Positions 1 through 8,211 of a DNA stretch of 46,132 nucleotides are shown piece after piece. The position numbers and the translations under genes were made by a program. A model generated the notes under the pieces. That model saw only the letters and a program-made list of their open reading frames with translations. It searched no databases and was not told the DNA's origin. The DNA is taken from positions 1 to 46,132 of the forward strand of contig CAZNBS010000005.1 in NCBI GenBank assembly GCA_964570955.1, given 5' to 3'. This DNA is from an uncultured Burkholderiales bacterium. Lineage in GTDB: Bacteria > Pseudomonadota > Gammaproteobacteria > Burkholderiales > SHXO01. Every line of letters starts with the position of its first letter. Positions within the stretch are counted from its first letter, which is position 1.

Positions 1-128
1 CGATGTTCCTGCACCGCAAGCTGGTCGGTTCGTTCCTCACGCTCGCGCACATCGGCGCGCGCGTCGATGCGCGTGCCCTGGTGCTGCCACTGCTCGCACG
101 CACGGGCGCGCCGACGCGCCGCCGATGA
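1..128 (+). CDS. 3' end of an unidentified CDS (partial, enters from upstream of the window)
   Basis: Frame 3 is open from base 3 to TGA at 126-128. Third positions are G/C-rich like the confirmed genes. No recognisable motif in the ~41 visible residues. Confidence 0.25.
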   Translation, partial: MFLHRKLVGSFLTLAHIGARVDARALVLPLLARTGAPTRRR

Positions 129-226
129 AGCCTGTGCTCGACCCGGGGCTGCATCGACGAGTTCCGAAGCGATGCCCTGGGCGCGCTGCCGGGCGCCGGT
201 GCTGTCATCCCGGGGGGGCAGCCACC

Positions 227-784
227 TCAACGAGATCCCGACGTCCGGCGAAGCGGCAGGCGCAACGACGTGTCGATCGCCTCGATGTCCGCCAGGTCGC
301 CGCCGGCTGACGACGGTCGCACGGCGACGAGCGCATCGAATTCGATGCGCTCGCCCGCAAGGCGATTCGACTGCGCCAGGCGTTCGCGCGTCGCGACCGG
401 CAGGCCGCCTCGATAGAGCAGGCTGAGGTGGGGGCGCAGCAGGTAGCCTGCGTCGTGCCCCGGGTCGTCGCGCAGGTGCCGTTGAAGGGCGAACAGACGC
501 GGGTCGTCGAACTCGACGAACAGCGTCCTGAAATGGGCCTCGGAGTGTGCGGTTGCGCCCGCCACCAGCGTCATCGGCTCGCAGACGCGCGCGACGCGAT
601 CGAGCAACGCCTCGGGCGACGGTCCACCGGGTGCACGGCTCACATGGAGCGTGATGTGCGGTTCGAACGCCGGACCACCGTGGGCCTTGCCGAGGACGGC
701 GATCAGTTCGGCAAGGGAGGATCGCCGCGGCTCCGCCGGCACCAGCCAGAACGCCACGGCATGCGGTTTCGAGGCATCGGCCAT
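227..784 (-). CDS. 2H phosphoesterase superfamily protein (LigT/cyclic phosphodiesterase-like)
   Basis: Two H-x-T/S-L motifs (HITLH and HLSLLY) at the spacing typical of the 2H fold. Start placed at ATG 782-784 (MADASKPH), 4 nt after the stop of the upstream gene. The longer track ORF (to 907) overlaps that gene. Confidence 0.55.
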   Translation of the reverse strand: MADASKPHAVAFWLVPAEPRRSSLAELIAVLGKAHGGPAFEPHITLHVSRAPGGPSPEALLDRVARVCEPMTLVAGATAHSEAHFRTLFVEFDDPRLFALQRHLRDDPGHDAGYLLRPHLSLLYRGGLPVATRERLAQSNRLAGERIEFDALVAVRPSSAGGDLADIEAIDTSLRLPLRRTSGSR

Positions 785-788
785 CGGG

Positions 789-1613
789 TCACGCCCGCCC
801 CGACCATACGCCGGGAAATTCGCTGACTGCCGCCAGGCCCTCGGGCGTTCCGATGTCGAGGAAACGTGCGTCGGACAGGAACACACTGTCGACGTGCAGC
901 CCGGCACGGATCGCCGCTGCGATCACTGCGCCCATCGGCCAGTCCGGCGACGGTCCGCGTGCGCCCGAGCGCGCGAGTTCCGCCAGGCGACCGGTTTCCT
1001 CGACGAGAAAGCGCGTGAACCCCGGGCCCCACACCGCCAGCATGTAGCCGGTGTCGCCTTCGCGGCGAACGGGCGCCTCCTCCTTGGTCACCAGCCGGGT
1101 GACGCGGCCCTGCGCGTCCGTGCCGACCAGGTCCAGTCCGTCGGTCAGTGCTCCGGCAAACAGGCCCAGCACGATGTCGGCGCCCGTGGCGTGCAACCGC
1201 TCGCGGGCGCGCACGAAACAGTCATCGGGGTGAATCAGGATGTCCGGGAAGCCGAACAGCACGGTGGCATCGTCGGTGAACGGAGCCGCCTGGGCGGCGC
1301 TGAACGGTGGGCCCCACGGCTCGTTCATCATCAGGTAGGCGATCGACAGGCCCAGGTGCGAACCATCGCCGTAGTAGTCCGCGATGTCGAACTTGCCGCT
1401 GCGCACGACGAAGAAGATGCGACGCGCGCCGCCCGCGCGCATTCGCTCGAGCAGATACTGCGACACTGCCTTGGGCCGGCCGCGAAGTGCGACGGGCTCG
1501 CGGTGCACGCCCACCGGCAGCAACTCCTTGCTGCACGGCAGAGGCGCCAGGCGCGTCGCGCGGCCGGCCGCGGCGATCACGCCGACGATGGCAGGAGCGG
1601 TGCCGGACGACAT
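789..1613 (-). CDS. sugar-phosphate nucleotidyltransferase family protein
   Basis: N-terminal GxGxRL-type signature VIAAAGRATRLAPLPCSKELLPV. Start chosen at ATG 1611-1613 (MSSGTAPAIVG), which puts the motif at the N-terminus as in RfbA/GalU-like enzymes. Confidence 0.7.
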   Translation of the reverse strand: MSSGTAPAIVGVIAAAGRATRLAPLPCSKELLPVGVHREPVALRGRPKAVSQYLLERMRAGGARRIFFVVRSGKFDIADYYGDGSHLGLSIAYLMMNEPWGPPFSAAQAAPFTDDATVLFGFPDILIHPDDCFVRARERLHATGADIVLGLFAGALTDGLDLVGTDAQGRVTRLVTKEEAPVRREGDTGYMLAVWGPGFTRFLVEETGRLAELARSGARGPSPDWPMGAVIAAAIRAGLHVDSVFLSDARFLDIGTPEGLAAVSEFPGVWSGRA

Positions 1614-1740
1614 CGGGTCATCGGAAATCTTGTCATATGACGGATGATAGCCAGACCGGCGAGGGTACGGCGTCGAGCCACCTGTCCGCACGCATCGTGT
1701 CTAATACCGTTCATCGTCCATCTCACGCTGGAACGTCGCG

Positions 1741-2967
1741 ATGAAACTCGGAAAGATCGTTGCGGGATCACTCGCCGTCCTTGCCGTGGCGGGCGCCGCC
1801 GGCTGGCTCAGCCTCGACAAGGAGACGCGCGGCCTGCTGGCGACGCTGCCGACCAACCGCGATCTGCTGTTCTGGAGCCAGCCGCAGCGCGATGCCGCGT
1901 TTCGCGCGCTCGATCGCCTGCCGGTGCTGGCGAAGGCACGCGTGGTGCCGGCCAGCGGCGACCCGCTGCCGCTGCCGTCGGGTCCGTCGCTGAAGCTGCC
2001 GCTCGACGTGGACGCCTACATGGCCGGCCAGCGCAGTGCGGCGCTGCTCGTACTGCACGACGGCAAGCTGCGCCTCGAGCGCTACGGCCTCGACTTCGAC
2101 GCGCACGGACGCTGGACGAGCTTCTCGGTGGCCAAGTCGATCACCTCCACGCTGGTGGGCGCCGCCCTTCGCGACGGCTTCATCCGCAGCATGGACGACA
2201 AGGTCAGCGACTACATCCCCGACATGAAGGGCTCGGCCTACGACGACGTCAGTATCCGCCAGTTGCTGACGATGACCTCGGGTGTGCGATGGAACGAGGA
2301 CTACGCCGACCCGAACTCCGACGTGGCCCGGTTCAACAACCACGAGCCCGAGGAGGGCGTCGACGCGCTGGTGAGCTACCTGCGCCGGTTGCCGCGCGAC
2401 GTGCCGGCTGGCACACGCTGGCACTACAGCACCGGGGAGACCAACCTGGTCGGCATCCTGATCGGCAACGCGACGAAAAGGCCGCTGTCGGAGTACCTGT
2501 CCGAGAAGATCTGGAAGCCGGCCGGCATGGAGCAGCAGGCCACCTGGATTCTCAGCCGCACCGGCAAGGAGATCAGCGGGTGCTGCATCCAGGCCGCGAC
2601 GCGCGACTTCGCGCGCTTCGGCCTCTTCATCCTGAACGGCGCCCGGGTCGACGGCCAGAGCATCGTGCCCGAGGGCTGGCTGGCCGAAGCCACGACCGGG
2701 CGCACCGCCATCGGCGTGCCCGATCGGGGCTACGGCTACCAGTGGTGGACCTACGGCGACGGAAGTTTTTCCGCGCGCGGCATCTTTGGCCAGGGCATCT
2801 TCATCGACCCCAGGCGCAGGATCGTGATCGCCTCCAGCGCCAACTGGGGTGGCGGTGCGCGTGACCCTGTCGCGAGCGAGGCGCGCGAGGCGTTCTACCG
2901 CGCCGTGCAGAAGGCGGTGGACGACGAGGCGGCGGCGAGCCGGGAGAACGGGCAGGCGCGACAATGA
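1741..2967 (+). CDS. serine hydrolase, beta-lactamase/PBP4* family, N-terminal membrane anchor
   Basis: Hydrophobic N-terminus (IVAGSLAVLAVAGAAGW). S-x-x-K active-site motif in FSVAKSITSTLVG. Overall class C beta-lactamase/6-aminohexanoate-dimer-hydrolase-like layout. Confidence 0.8.
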   Translation: MKLGKIVAGSLAVLAVAGAAGWLSLDKETRGLLATLPTNRDLLFWSQPQRDAAFRALDRLPVLAKARVVPASGDPLPLPSGPSLKLPLDVDAYMAGQRSAALLVLHDGKLRLERYGLDFDAHGRWTSFSVAKSITSTLVGAALRDGFIRSMDDKVSDYIPDMKGSAYDDVSIRQLLTMTSGVRWNEDYADPNSDVARFNNHEPEEGVDALVSYLRRLPRDVPAGTRWHYSTGETNLVGILIGNATKRPLSEYLSEKIWKPAGMEQQATWILSRTGKEISGCCIQAATRDFARFGLFILNGARVDGQSIVPEGWLAEATTGRTAIGVPDRGYGYQWWTYGDGSFSARGIFGQGIFIDPRRRIVIASSANWGGGARDPVASEAREAFYRAVQKAVDDEAAASRENGQARQ

Positions 2968-3067
2968 CCGAACCTTGGCGTTGCGCCGTCTTCTTCGCTG
3001 GCCGGGGATACGCGCGCACCCCGAACCGTCGGGCCCGGAAGCGAGGCACGATAGCGGGCGACTGGAC

Positions 3068-3244
3068 ATGACACGACAAGACCGGCGACTCGCGCGCCAT
3101 CTCGCCATCGCCGTGGCATTGAAGCTGGCCGTGCTGGCCGCCCTGTGGTGGGCGTTCGTCCGCGACGAGCGTGTCAGCGTCGATGCGGCGGCCACCGCCG
3201 CCCACCTGAGCGCTCAACCGTCCCGAACCGGAGAAACACCGTGA
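3068..3244 (+). CDS. cydP: small membrane protein preceding cydA (CydP-like)
   Basis: 58-aa ORF MTRQDRRLARHLAIAVALKLAVLAALWWAFV... with one TM helix. Its TGA (3242-3244) overlaps the GTG start of cydA (GTGA). Position and architecture match the CydP small subunit found in betaproteobacterial cyd operons. Confidence 0.45.
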   Translation: MTRQDRRLARHLAIAVALKLAVLAALWWAFVRDERVSVDAAATAAHLSAQPSRTGETP

Positions 3245-4815
3245 TCCCGGAACACCTGGTCGACCTGTCACGGCTTCAGTTCGCCGCGACCGCGATGTAC
3301 CACTTCCTGTTCGTGCCGCTTACCCTCGGGATGGTCTGGCTGCTGGTCATCATGGAAAGCGTCTACGTGATGACCGGCAAGATCGTCTGGAAGGACATGA
3401 CCCGCTTCTGGGGCAAGTTGTTCGGGATCAACTTCGCGCTCGGCGTGACCACCGGCATCACGCTGGAGTTCCAGTTCGGCACCAATTGGGCGTACTACTC
3501 GCACTACGTCGGGGACATCTTCGGCGCGCCACTGGCCATCGAGGGGCTGATGGCCTTCTTCCTCGAGAGCACCTTCATCGGCCTGTTCTTCTTCGGCTGG
3601 GACCGGCTCACGAAGACCCAGCACTTGATGGTGACGACCTTGATGGCCGTCGGCACCAACCTGAGTGCACTCTGGATCCTGATCGCCAACGGGTGGATGC
3701 AGAACCCGGTCGGCGCCGAATTCAACTGGCAGACGATGCGCATGGAGCTGACGGACTTCTGGGCCGTGGTCTTCAACCCCGATGCGCAGGCCAAGTTCGT
3801 GCACACGGTCTCGGCGGGCTACGTGACCGGCGCGATGTTCGTACTCTCGATCTCCGCCTGGTACCTGCTGAAGGGACGCGACGTGGAGTTCGCGAAGCGC
3901 AGCTTCCGCGTCGCCGCCGCGTTCGGCCTGGCCAGCGTGCTCAGCGTGATCGTGCTCGGCGACGAGTCGGGGTACACGGTCGGCGAGGCGCAGCAGACGA
4001 AGATGGCCGCGCTCGAGGCGATGTGGGAGACCGAGCCCGCGCCGGCCGGCCTGAAGCTGGTCGCTGGCATCGACGAGGCCAACCAGCGCAACACCTGGGA
4101 GGTCGAAATCCCGTGGCTGATGGGGCTGATCGGCACCCGCTCGATCAGCCGGCAGATTCCCGGCATTCACGAGATCAAGGCCAGGAACCGCGAGCGCATC
4201 GTCAACGGCATCACCGCGGTGGTCGCGCTCGAGGCGCTGCGCAAGCACCCCGATGACCCCGTGGCGCGGCAGACGCTGCGGGCCACGCAGGGCGACCTCG
4301 GCTTCGGCCTGCTGCTGAAGAAGTACACCGCCGACGTGCGCCAGGTCACGCCCGAGATGATCCGCAAGGCCGTCGACGACACCGTGCCGCGCGTGACGCC
4401 GATGTTCTGGACTTTCCGCATCATGGTCGGGCTGGGATTCGCGATGCTGCTGCTTTTCGGGCTTGCGTTCTGGAGCACGCTGCGCAGCGACTGCAACGCG
4501 CGACCCTGGCTGCTGCGCTGGGCGCTCTGGATGTTGCCGGCGCCGTGGATCGCCTGCGAACTCGGCTGGTTCGTCGCCGAGTACGGCCGGCAGCCCTGGA
4601 CGATCTACGGCGTGCTTCCTACGCACCTGAGCGTTTCGACGCTGAGCGTCGAGAGCCTGTACGGTTCGCTCGCCGGCTTCGTGGGCTTCTACACGCTGTT
4701 GCTGATCGTCGAGATCTACCTGATGGTGAAGTTCGCGCGCCAGGGGCCCGGCAGTCTGGGCACCGGCCGCTACGAGCGCGAAGTCGCGCACCGCGCCGCT
4801 GCGGCGCACGCCTGA
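3241..4815 (+). CDS. cydA: cytochrome bd ubiquinol oxidase subunit I
   Basis: Near-identical blocks to E. coli CydA: LSRLQFAxTAMYHFLFVPLTLG, GKLFGINFALGVxTGxTxEFQFGTNW, EGLMAFFLESTF, GWMQNP, AEYGRQPW. Long Q-loop type. GTG start at 3241 gives the canonical N-terminus. Confidence 0.95.
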   Translation: MIPEHLVDLSRLQFAATAMYHFLFVPLTLGMVWLLVIMESVYVMTGKIVWKDMTRFWGKLFGINFALGVTTGITLEFQFGTNWAYYSHYVGDIFGAPLAIEGLMAFFLESTFIGLFFFGWDRLTKTQHLMVTTLMAVGTNLSALWILIANGWMQNPVGAEFNWQTMRMELTDFWAVVFNPDAQAKFVHTVSAGYVTGAMFVLSISAWYLLKGRDVEFAKRSFRVAAAFGLASVLSVIVLGDESGYTVGEAQQTKMAALEAMWETEPAPAGLKLVAGIDEANQRNTWEVEIPWLMGLIGTRSISRQIPGIHEIKARNRERIVNGITAVVALEALRKHPDDPVARQTLRATQGDLGFGLLLKKYTADVRQVTPEMIRKAVDDTVPRVTPMFWTFRIMVGLGFAMLLLFGLAFWSTLRSDCNARPWLLRWALWMLPAPWIACELGWFVAEYGRQPWTIYGVLPTHLSVSTLSVESLYGSLAGFVGFYTLLLIVEIYLMVKFARQGPGSLGTGRYEREVAHRAAAAHA

Positions 4816-4830
4816 CGGAGGAAACAGGTC

Positions 4831-5973
4831 ATGATCGACTATCCGACCCTGAAGGTCGTCTGGTGGCTGCTGGTCGGCGTGCTGCTGGTCGGCTTCGCGA
4901 TCATGGATGGCCATGACATGGGCGTGGGCACGCTGCTGCCCTTCGTCGGCAAGGGCGACGACGAGCGTCGCGTTGTCATCAACACCGTAGGGCCGCACTG
5001 GGACGGCAACCAGGTGTGGTTCATCACCGGAGGCGGCGCGATCTTCGCCGCCTGGCCGCTGGTCTACGCCACTGCGTTCAGCGGCTTCTACTGGGCGATG
5101 CTCGCAGTGCTGTGGGCGCTGTTCTTCCGGCCGGTGGGGTTCGATTATCGCAGCAAGGTCCACGCCCCCGCCTGGCGCAGCGCCTGGGACTGGGGCCTGT
5201 TCGTCGGCGGCGCCGTGCCGCCGCTGATCTTCGGCGTGGCCTTCGGCAACCTGTTGCAGGGTGTGCCCTTCGGCTTCGACGAGTATCTCGTCTCCACCTA
5301 TACCGGCAGCTTCTGGCAATTGCTGAACCCCTTCGCATTGCTCACTGGTGTGGTGAGCAGTGCGATGATCACGATGCACGGCGGCACCTATCTGGCGCAT
5401 CGCACCGAAGGCGCGATCCAGCAGCGCGCCGTGCACGGCGCCGCCGGCGGGGCGTTCGTGATGGTGCTGTCCTTCATCGCTGCCGGGCTCTGGCTGCGAT
5501 TCGGTCCCATCGAGGGCTACGTCATCACCTCGGCGGTCGATCCCGGCGCGATGGCCGATCCGCTGGCCAAGACGGTTGCGCGCAGCGCGGACGCCTGGTG
5601 GTTGAACTACGGCACGCAGCCGCTGCTGTGGCTGTTGCCGGCGCTGGGCATCGGGGGAGCGCTGCTGGCCGCGGGGCTGGTGGGCAGGGGGCGCACGCTG
5701 TCGGCGTTCGTCGCGTCGTCGCTGGCGATCGTGGGCGTCATCGGTACGGCCGGGGCCGCTATGTTCCCGTTCGTGATGCCGTCCTCGACAATGCCGAACG
5801 CGAGCCTGACGGTCTGGGACGGCGTCTCCAGTCATCTGACGTTGGGGCTGATGTTCTGGGCGACGCTGATTTTCATGCCGCTGATCGTCCTGTACACCTC
5901 GTGGGCCTACCGCGTGATGCGCGGCAAGGTGACCGTCGCGCAGATTCGCGCCAACGACCACACCGCTTACTGA
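4831..5973 (+). CDS. cydB: cytochrome bd ubiquinol oxidase subunit II
   Basis: MIDYPTLKVVWWLLVGVLLVGFAIMDGHDMGVG N-terminus and 8-9 hydrophobic segments. GGAGG RBS 8 nt upstream. Immediately follows cydA. Confidence 0.95.
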   Translation: MIDYPTLKVVWWLLVGVLLVGFAIMDGHDMGVGTLLPFVGKGDDERRVVINTVGPHWDGNQVWFITGGGAIFAAWPLVYATAFSGFYWAMLAVLWALFFRPVGFDYRSKVHAPAWRSAWDWGLFVGGAVPPLIFGVAFGNLLQGVPFGFDEYLVSTYTGSFWQLLNPFALLTGVVSSAMITMHGGTYLAHRTEGAIQQRAVHGAAGGAFVMVLSFIAAGLWLRFGPIEGYVITSAVDPGAMADPLAKTVARSADAWWLNYGTQPLLWLLPALGIGGALLAAGLVGRGRTLSAFVASSLAIVGVIGTAGAAMFPFVMPSSTMPNASLTVWDGVSSHLTLGLMFWATLIFMPLIVLYTSWAYRVMRGKVTVAQIRANDHTAY

Positions 5974-5985
5974 AGGAGCACGCCG

Positions 5986-6117
5986 ATGTGGTACTTCGCC
6001 TGGATGCTGGGTGTCGGCTTCGCGGTGCTGCTGGCGATCCTCAATGCGATGTGGGGAGAGAACGAGGCAGCCCGCCACGAGGCCGCCGAGCGCGGCGACG
6101 ATGGAGCCCGGCAGTGA
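5986..6117 (+). CDS. cydX: cytochrome bd oxidase small subunit CydX
   Basis: 43-aa ORF absent from the track (below the size cut-off): MWYFAWMLGVGFAVLLAILNAMWGENEAARHEAAERGDDGARQ. The first 10 residues match E. coli CydX (MWYFAWILG...). Located 12 nt after the cydB stop. Confidence 0.85.
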   Translation: MWYFAWMLGVGFAVLLAILNAMWGENEAARHEAAERGDDGARQ

Positions 6118-6395
6118 GCACGACGACGCCAGCCGCGCCGTCGCGCACCCGGTTGCCCAGCCTTGTCGTCGCGCTGGCCATCATGGTCGGCGGCACGGCG
6201 TATCCGCCGCTGATGGCCGACAGTGCGGGCCAGGCCGACCACGGCCTGGCGATGGCGCTGTTCTGGGCAATGAGCGCCGGTTTCGTACGCGGTGTCGGAT
6301 TCGTGCCGCGAACAGCGGTGTGGTACTGGCTGTTCTCGGGCTGGGCCTGTGCCGCAGCACTGGTGCTCGCCGCCGCGCTGAAGTCGATGCATTGA
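6114..6395 (+). CDS. ybgE: cyd operon protein YbgE
   Basis: GTG 6114 overlaps the cydX TGA (GTGA). HGLAMALFWAMSAGFVRGVGFVPRTAVWYWLF aligns with E. coli YbgE HGLLLMWAVCAGVIHGVGFRPQKVLWQGIF. It is only the tail of the spurious 5016..6395 track ORF. Confidence 0.75.
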   Translation: MSTTTPAAPSRTRLPSLVVALAIMVGGTAYPPLMADSAGQADHGLAMALFWAMSAGFVRGVGFVPRTAVWYWLFSGWACAAALVLAAALKSMH

Positions 6396-6416
6396 AGCGT
6401 ACCCATCGAGGCGAAC

Positions 6417-6875
6417 ATGACGATGCCACTTTCGCGGATTGAAGTTCACGCGCTGGAGGAAGCGCTCGGCGACGAGTACCAGGCGTGGTCGACCTACGAC
6501 CAGGTGATCGCCGATTTCGGCGAGGTTCGTCCGTTCGTCAATATCCGGGACGCCGAGGCGCGCCACATCGCCGCGCTGGTCGCTTTGTTCGAGCGTCATG
6601 GGCTGAACACGCCGGCGAACCCGTGGCCGGGCAAGGTCGTTCGCTACGCCAGCGTGCGTGAGGCCTGCACGGCTGGCGTCGCCGCCGAAATTGCCAATGC
6701 AGCACTCTACGACCGCCTGCTCGCGGCCACGCAGCGGCCGGACATCCTCGCCGTCTTCCGTAGTCTGCAGGAAGCGTCGCAGCAGCGACACCTGCCGGCT
6801 TTCCGGCGCTGCGCCGAACGAAGTGCGACCGGCGACGGGGGCGGGCAGCGACGCCGACGTGGGGCGCGCCGGTGA
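6417..6875 (+). CDS. ferritin-like domain protein (DUF2202 family)
   Basis: LEEALGDEYQAWSTYDQVIADFGEVRPFVNIRDAEARHIAALVALFERHGL matches the DUF2202 pattern (E-E-x-x-A ... F-x-NI-x-x-x-E-x-x-H). A second half carries E...QRH. Confidence 0.6.
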   Translation: MTMPLSRIEVHALEEALGDEYQAWSTYDQVIADFGEVRPFVNIRDAEARHIAALVALFERHGLNTPANPWPGKVVRYASVREACTAGVAAEIANAALYDRLLAATQRPDILAVFRSLQEASQQRHLPAFRRCAERSATGDGGGQRRRRGARR

Positions 6876-7180
6876 ACGTCAAAGCCGAAGAGGGCAGCAG
6901 CCATCGCAGCGACGCTCCGTTTGAGCGGCACACGGCCCGTCACGACACGTGGTTCGAGCAACATGACGCGGCGCATGAGCCTTGCGACTGTTTGACGAGG
7001 ATCAGTGCTCCCGATAGTGGGGGGGGCGTCAGACTGTCTTTTTGATACGCTGTTTTTCCCGGGTGGAAAGGAGGTTCCATGTCAGATCAACCGCAGGGTT
7101 GCGCGCGGGTGACGGGTTCCGTGGTCGGCGGCCCGCCCGATGCGCAACCCGAACCCAGCCCAAGACAGGAGGCAACCAGG

Positions 7181-7786
7181 ATGACCGCACGTGTGGGGCA
7201 GAAAGCCCCCGACTTCAATGCTCCCGCCTACTACCGGGGCAAGTTCACCAACGTCAAGTTGTCGGACTTTGCCGGCAAGTGGGTGATGCTGTGCTTCTAT
7301 CCCGGCGATTTCACCTTCGTCTGAGCCACTGAAGTGTCCGCGGTCGCGGCAAGGTATCAGACGTTGCAGGATCTCGGAGTCGAAGTCGTCTCGGTCAGTG
7401 TGGACAGCCACTTCGTCCACAAGATGTGGGATGACCACGAACTGAGCAAGATGGTCAACGGCGGCGTGCCCTTCCACATGGCTGCCGACCAGGCGGGCAA
7501 TGTGGGGCGCGCCTACGGTGTCTGGGACGAGAGCCAGGGGATCGAGATGCGCGGTCGCTTCATCATCGACCCGGATGGCGTGATCCAGGCCATGGAGGTG
7601 CTCACCCCGCCGGTCGGACGCAAGTTCGCCGAGACCGTGCGCCAGGTACAGGCCTTTCAGGTGGTGCGTGCGTCGGGCGGCGCGGAAGCGACTCCCGCGG
7701 GTTGGGAGCCGGGCAAACCGACCCTCGAGCCGGGTCCCGATCTGGTGGGCAAGGTCTGGGAGGTCTGGAACCCGTCGATGGAGTGA
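7181..7786 (+). CDS. selenocysteine-containing peroxiredoxin (AhpC/Prx1 family); TGA 7322-7324 decoded as Sec
   Basis: Track ORFs 7079..7324 and 7334..7786 share one frame and are separated only by TGA. Read-through gives [23 protein letters not shown], the Prx active-site block FYPxDFTFVCPTE with TGA at the peroxidatic Cys. AGGAGG lies 8 nt before ATG 7181 ([12 protein letters not shown]). Total 201 codons, the normal Prx length. A SECIS hairpin follows. Confidence 0.8.
7335..7351 (+). promoter_or_regulatory. bacterial SECIS minihelix (fdhF type)
   Basis: UGUCCGCGGUCGCGGCA pairs as U-A, G-C, bulged U, then the 4-bp stem CCGC/GCGG closing a GGUC loop. This is isomorphic with the E. coli fdhF 17-nt minihelix GGUUGCAGGUCUGCACC (bulged U, GGUC loop). 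It starts 10 nt after the UGA, versus 11 nt in fdhF. Confidence 0.65.
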
Positions 7787-7799
7787 GCTGATCGGGGAT

Positions 7800-8211
7800 G
7801 TCCAGCCGCGGGCGTTCGGGATATCGGAGAACAACTCCGCGCCGCGCTCGCCCGCGGCGAACACCCACCTCGTTGTCCGAGAGCGCGATCCTGCCGTCGC
7901 AGCCGCACGCGGATGCGATTGTCACGACACAGGCCGGATTGAACCTGTCGTGGAAGAACTCTTTGGCGCGCGAGAACGCGCGCCTGGAGCGGCCGGCGCG
8001 TCGCGGCCGGCAGCAGTGCCGCCTCGACCACCTGCGGTCCGGCGCTCTTGCCGCCGAATCCGCCTCCGATGCAGGGCGTGATGACGCGGACGTCGTCCTG
8101 CTTTATCCGCAGGCCTTGCGCGCTCAGGTCGGGAGCCGGAAAGGGGGGCTGCGTCGAGGTCCAGATGACCTCGAGCGCAACCGGTTGCCCGTTCAAGGTG
8201 AAGCGGATCAC
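7800..8211 (-). pseudogene. decayed CoxS/CoxL-type (xanthine dehydrogenase family) molybdoenzyme remnant
   Basis: ORF 7657..8211 begins MIRFTLNGQPVALEV (typical 2Fe-2S small-subunit start). It runs directly into VIWTSTQPPF...VRVITPCIGGGFGGKS...RRPLQ (the mid-large-subunit WTSTQ and GGGFGxK blocks). The continuation (CGCDGRIALSDNEV) is in another frame (7602..7925). This indicates an internal deletion plus a frameshift. The lower boundary is approximate. Confidence 0.45.

Noticed and set aside
3268-6078. 936-aa ORF on the minus strand spanning the whole cydAB region
   Set aside because: It is antisense to genes with unmistakable CydA/CydB/CydX sequence. The product is Arg/Pro/Gly/His-rich low-complexity, typical of the stop-poor antisense frame in high-GC DNA.
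6951-6959. GGTTCGAGC, a tRNA T-loop-like string upstream of the Sec-peroxiredoxin (looked for a linked tRNA-Sec/selC)
   Set aside because: Flanking bases cannot form the T-stem (CGTGG is followed by AACAT rather than CCACG). No acceptor or anticodon arms can be drawn, so this is not a tRNA.
7019-7026. G8 homopolymer in the intergenic region upstream of the peroxiredoxin (possible slipped-strand switch)
   Set aside because: It is a single tract of modest length with no clear positioning between convincing -35/-10 hexamers. In a GC-rich genome this is not enough to call phase variation.
7079-7180. Possible 34-codon N-terminal extension of the peroxiredoxin from ATG 7079, which has a strong AAGGAGG RBS
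   Set aside because: G/C content at third positions is clearly lower than in the body of the gene. The extension has no counterpart in Prx proteins, and ATG 7181 has its own AGGAGG and gives the canonical N-terminus. It is not excluded and should be checked by N-terminal proteomics or Ribo-seq.
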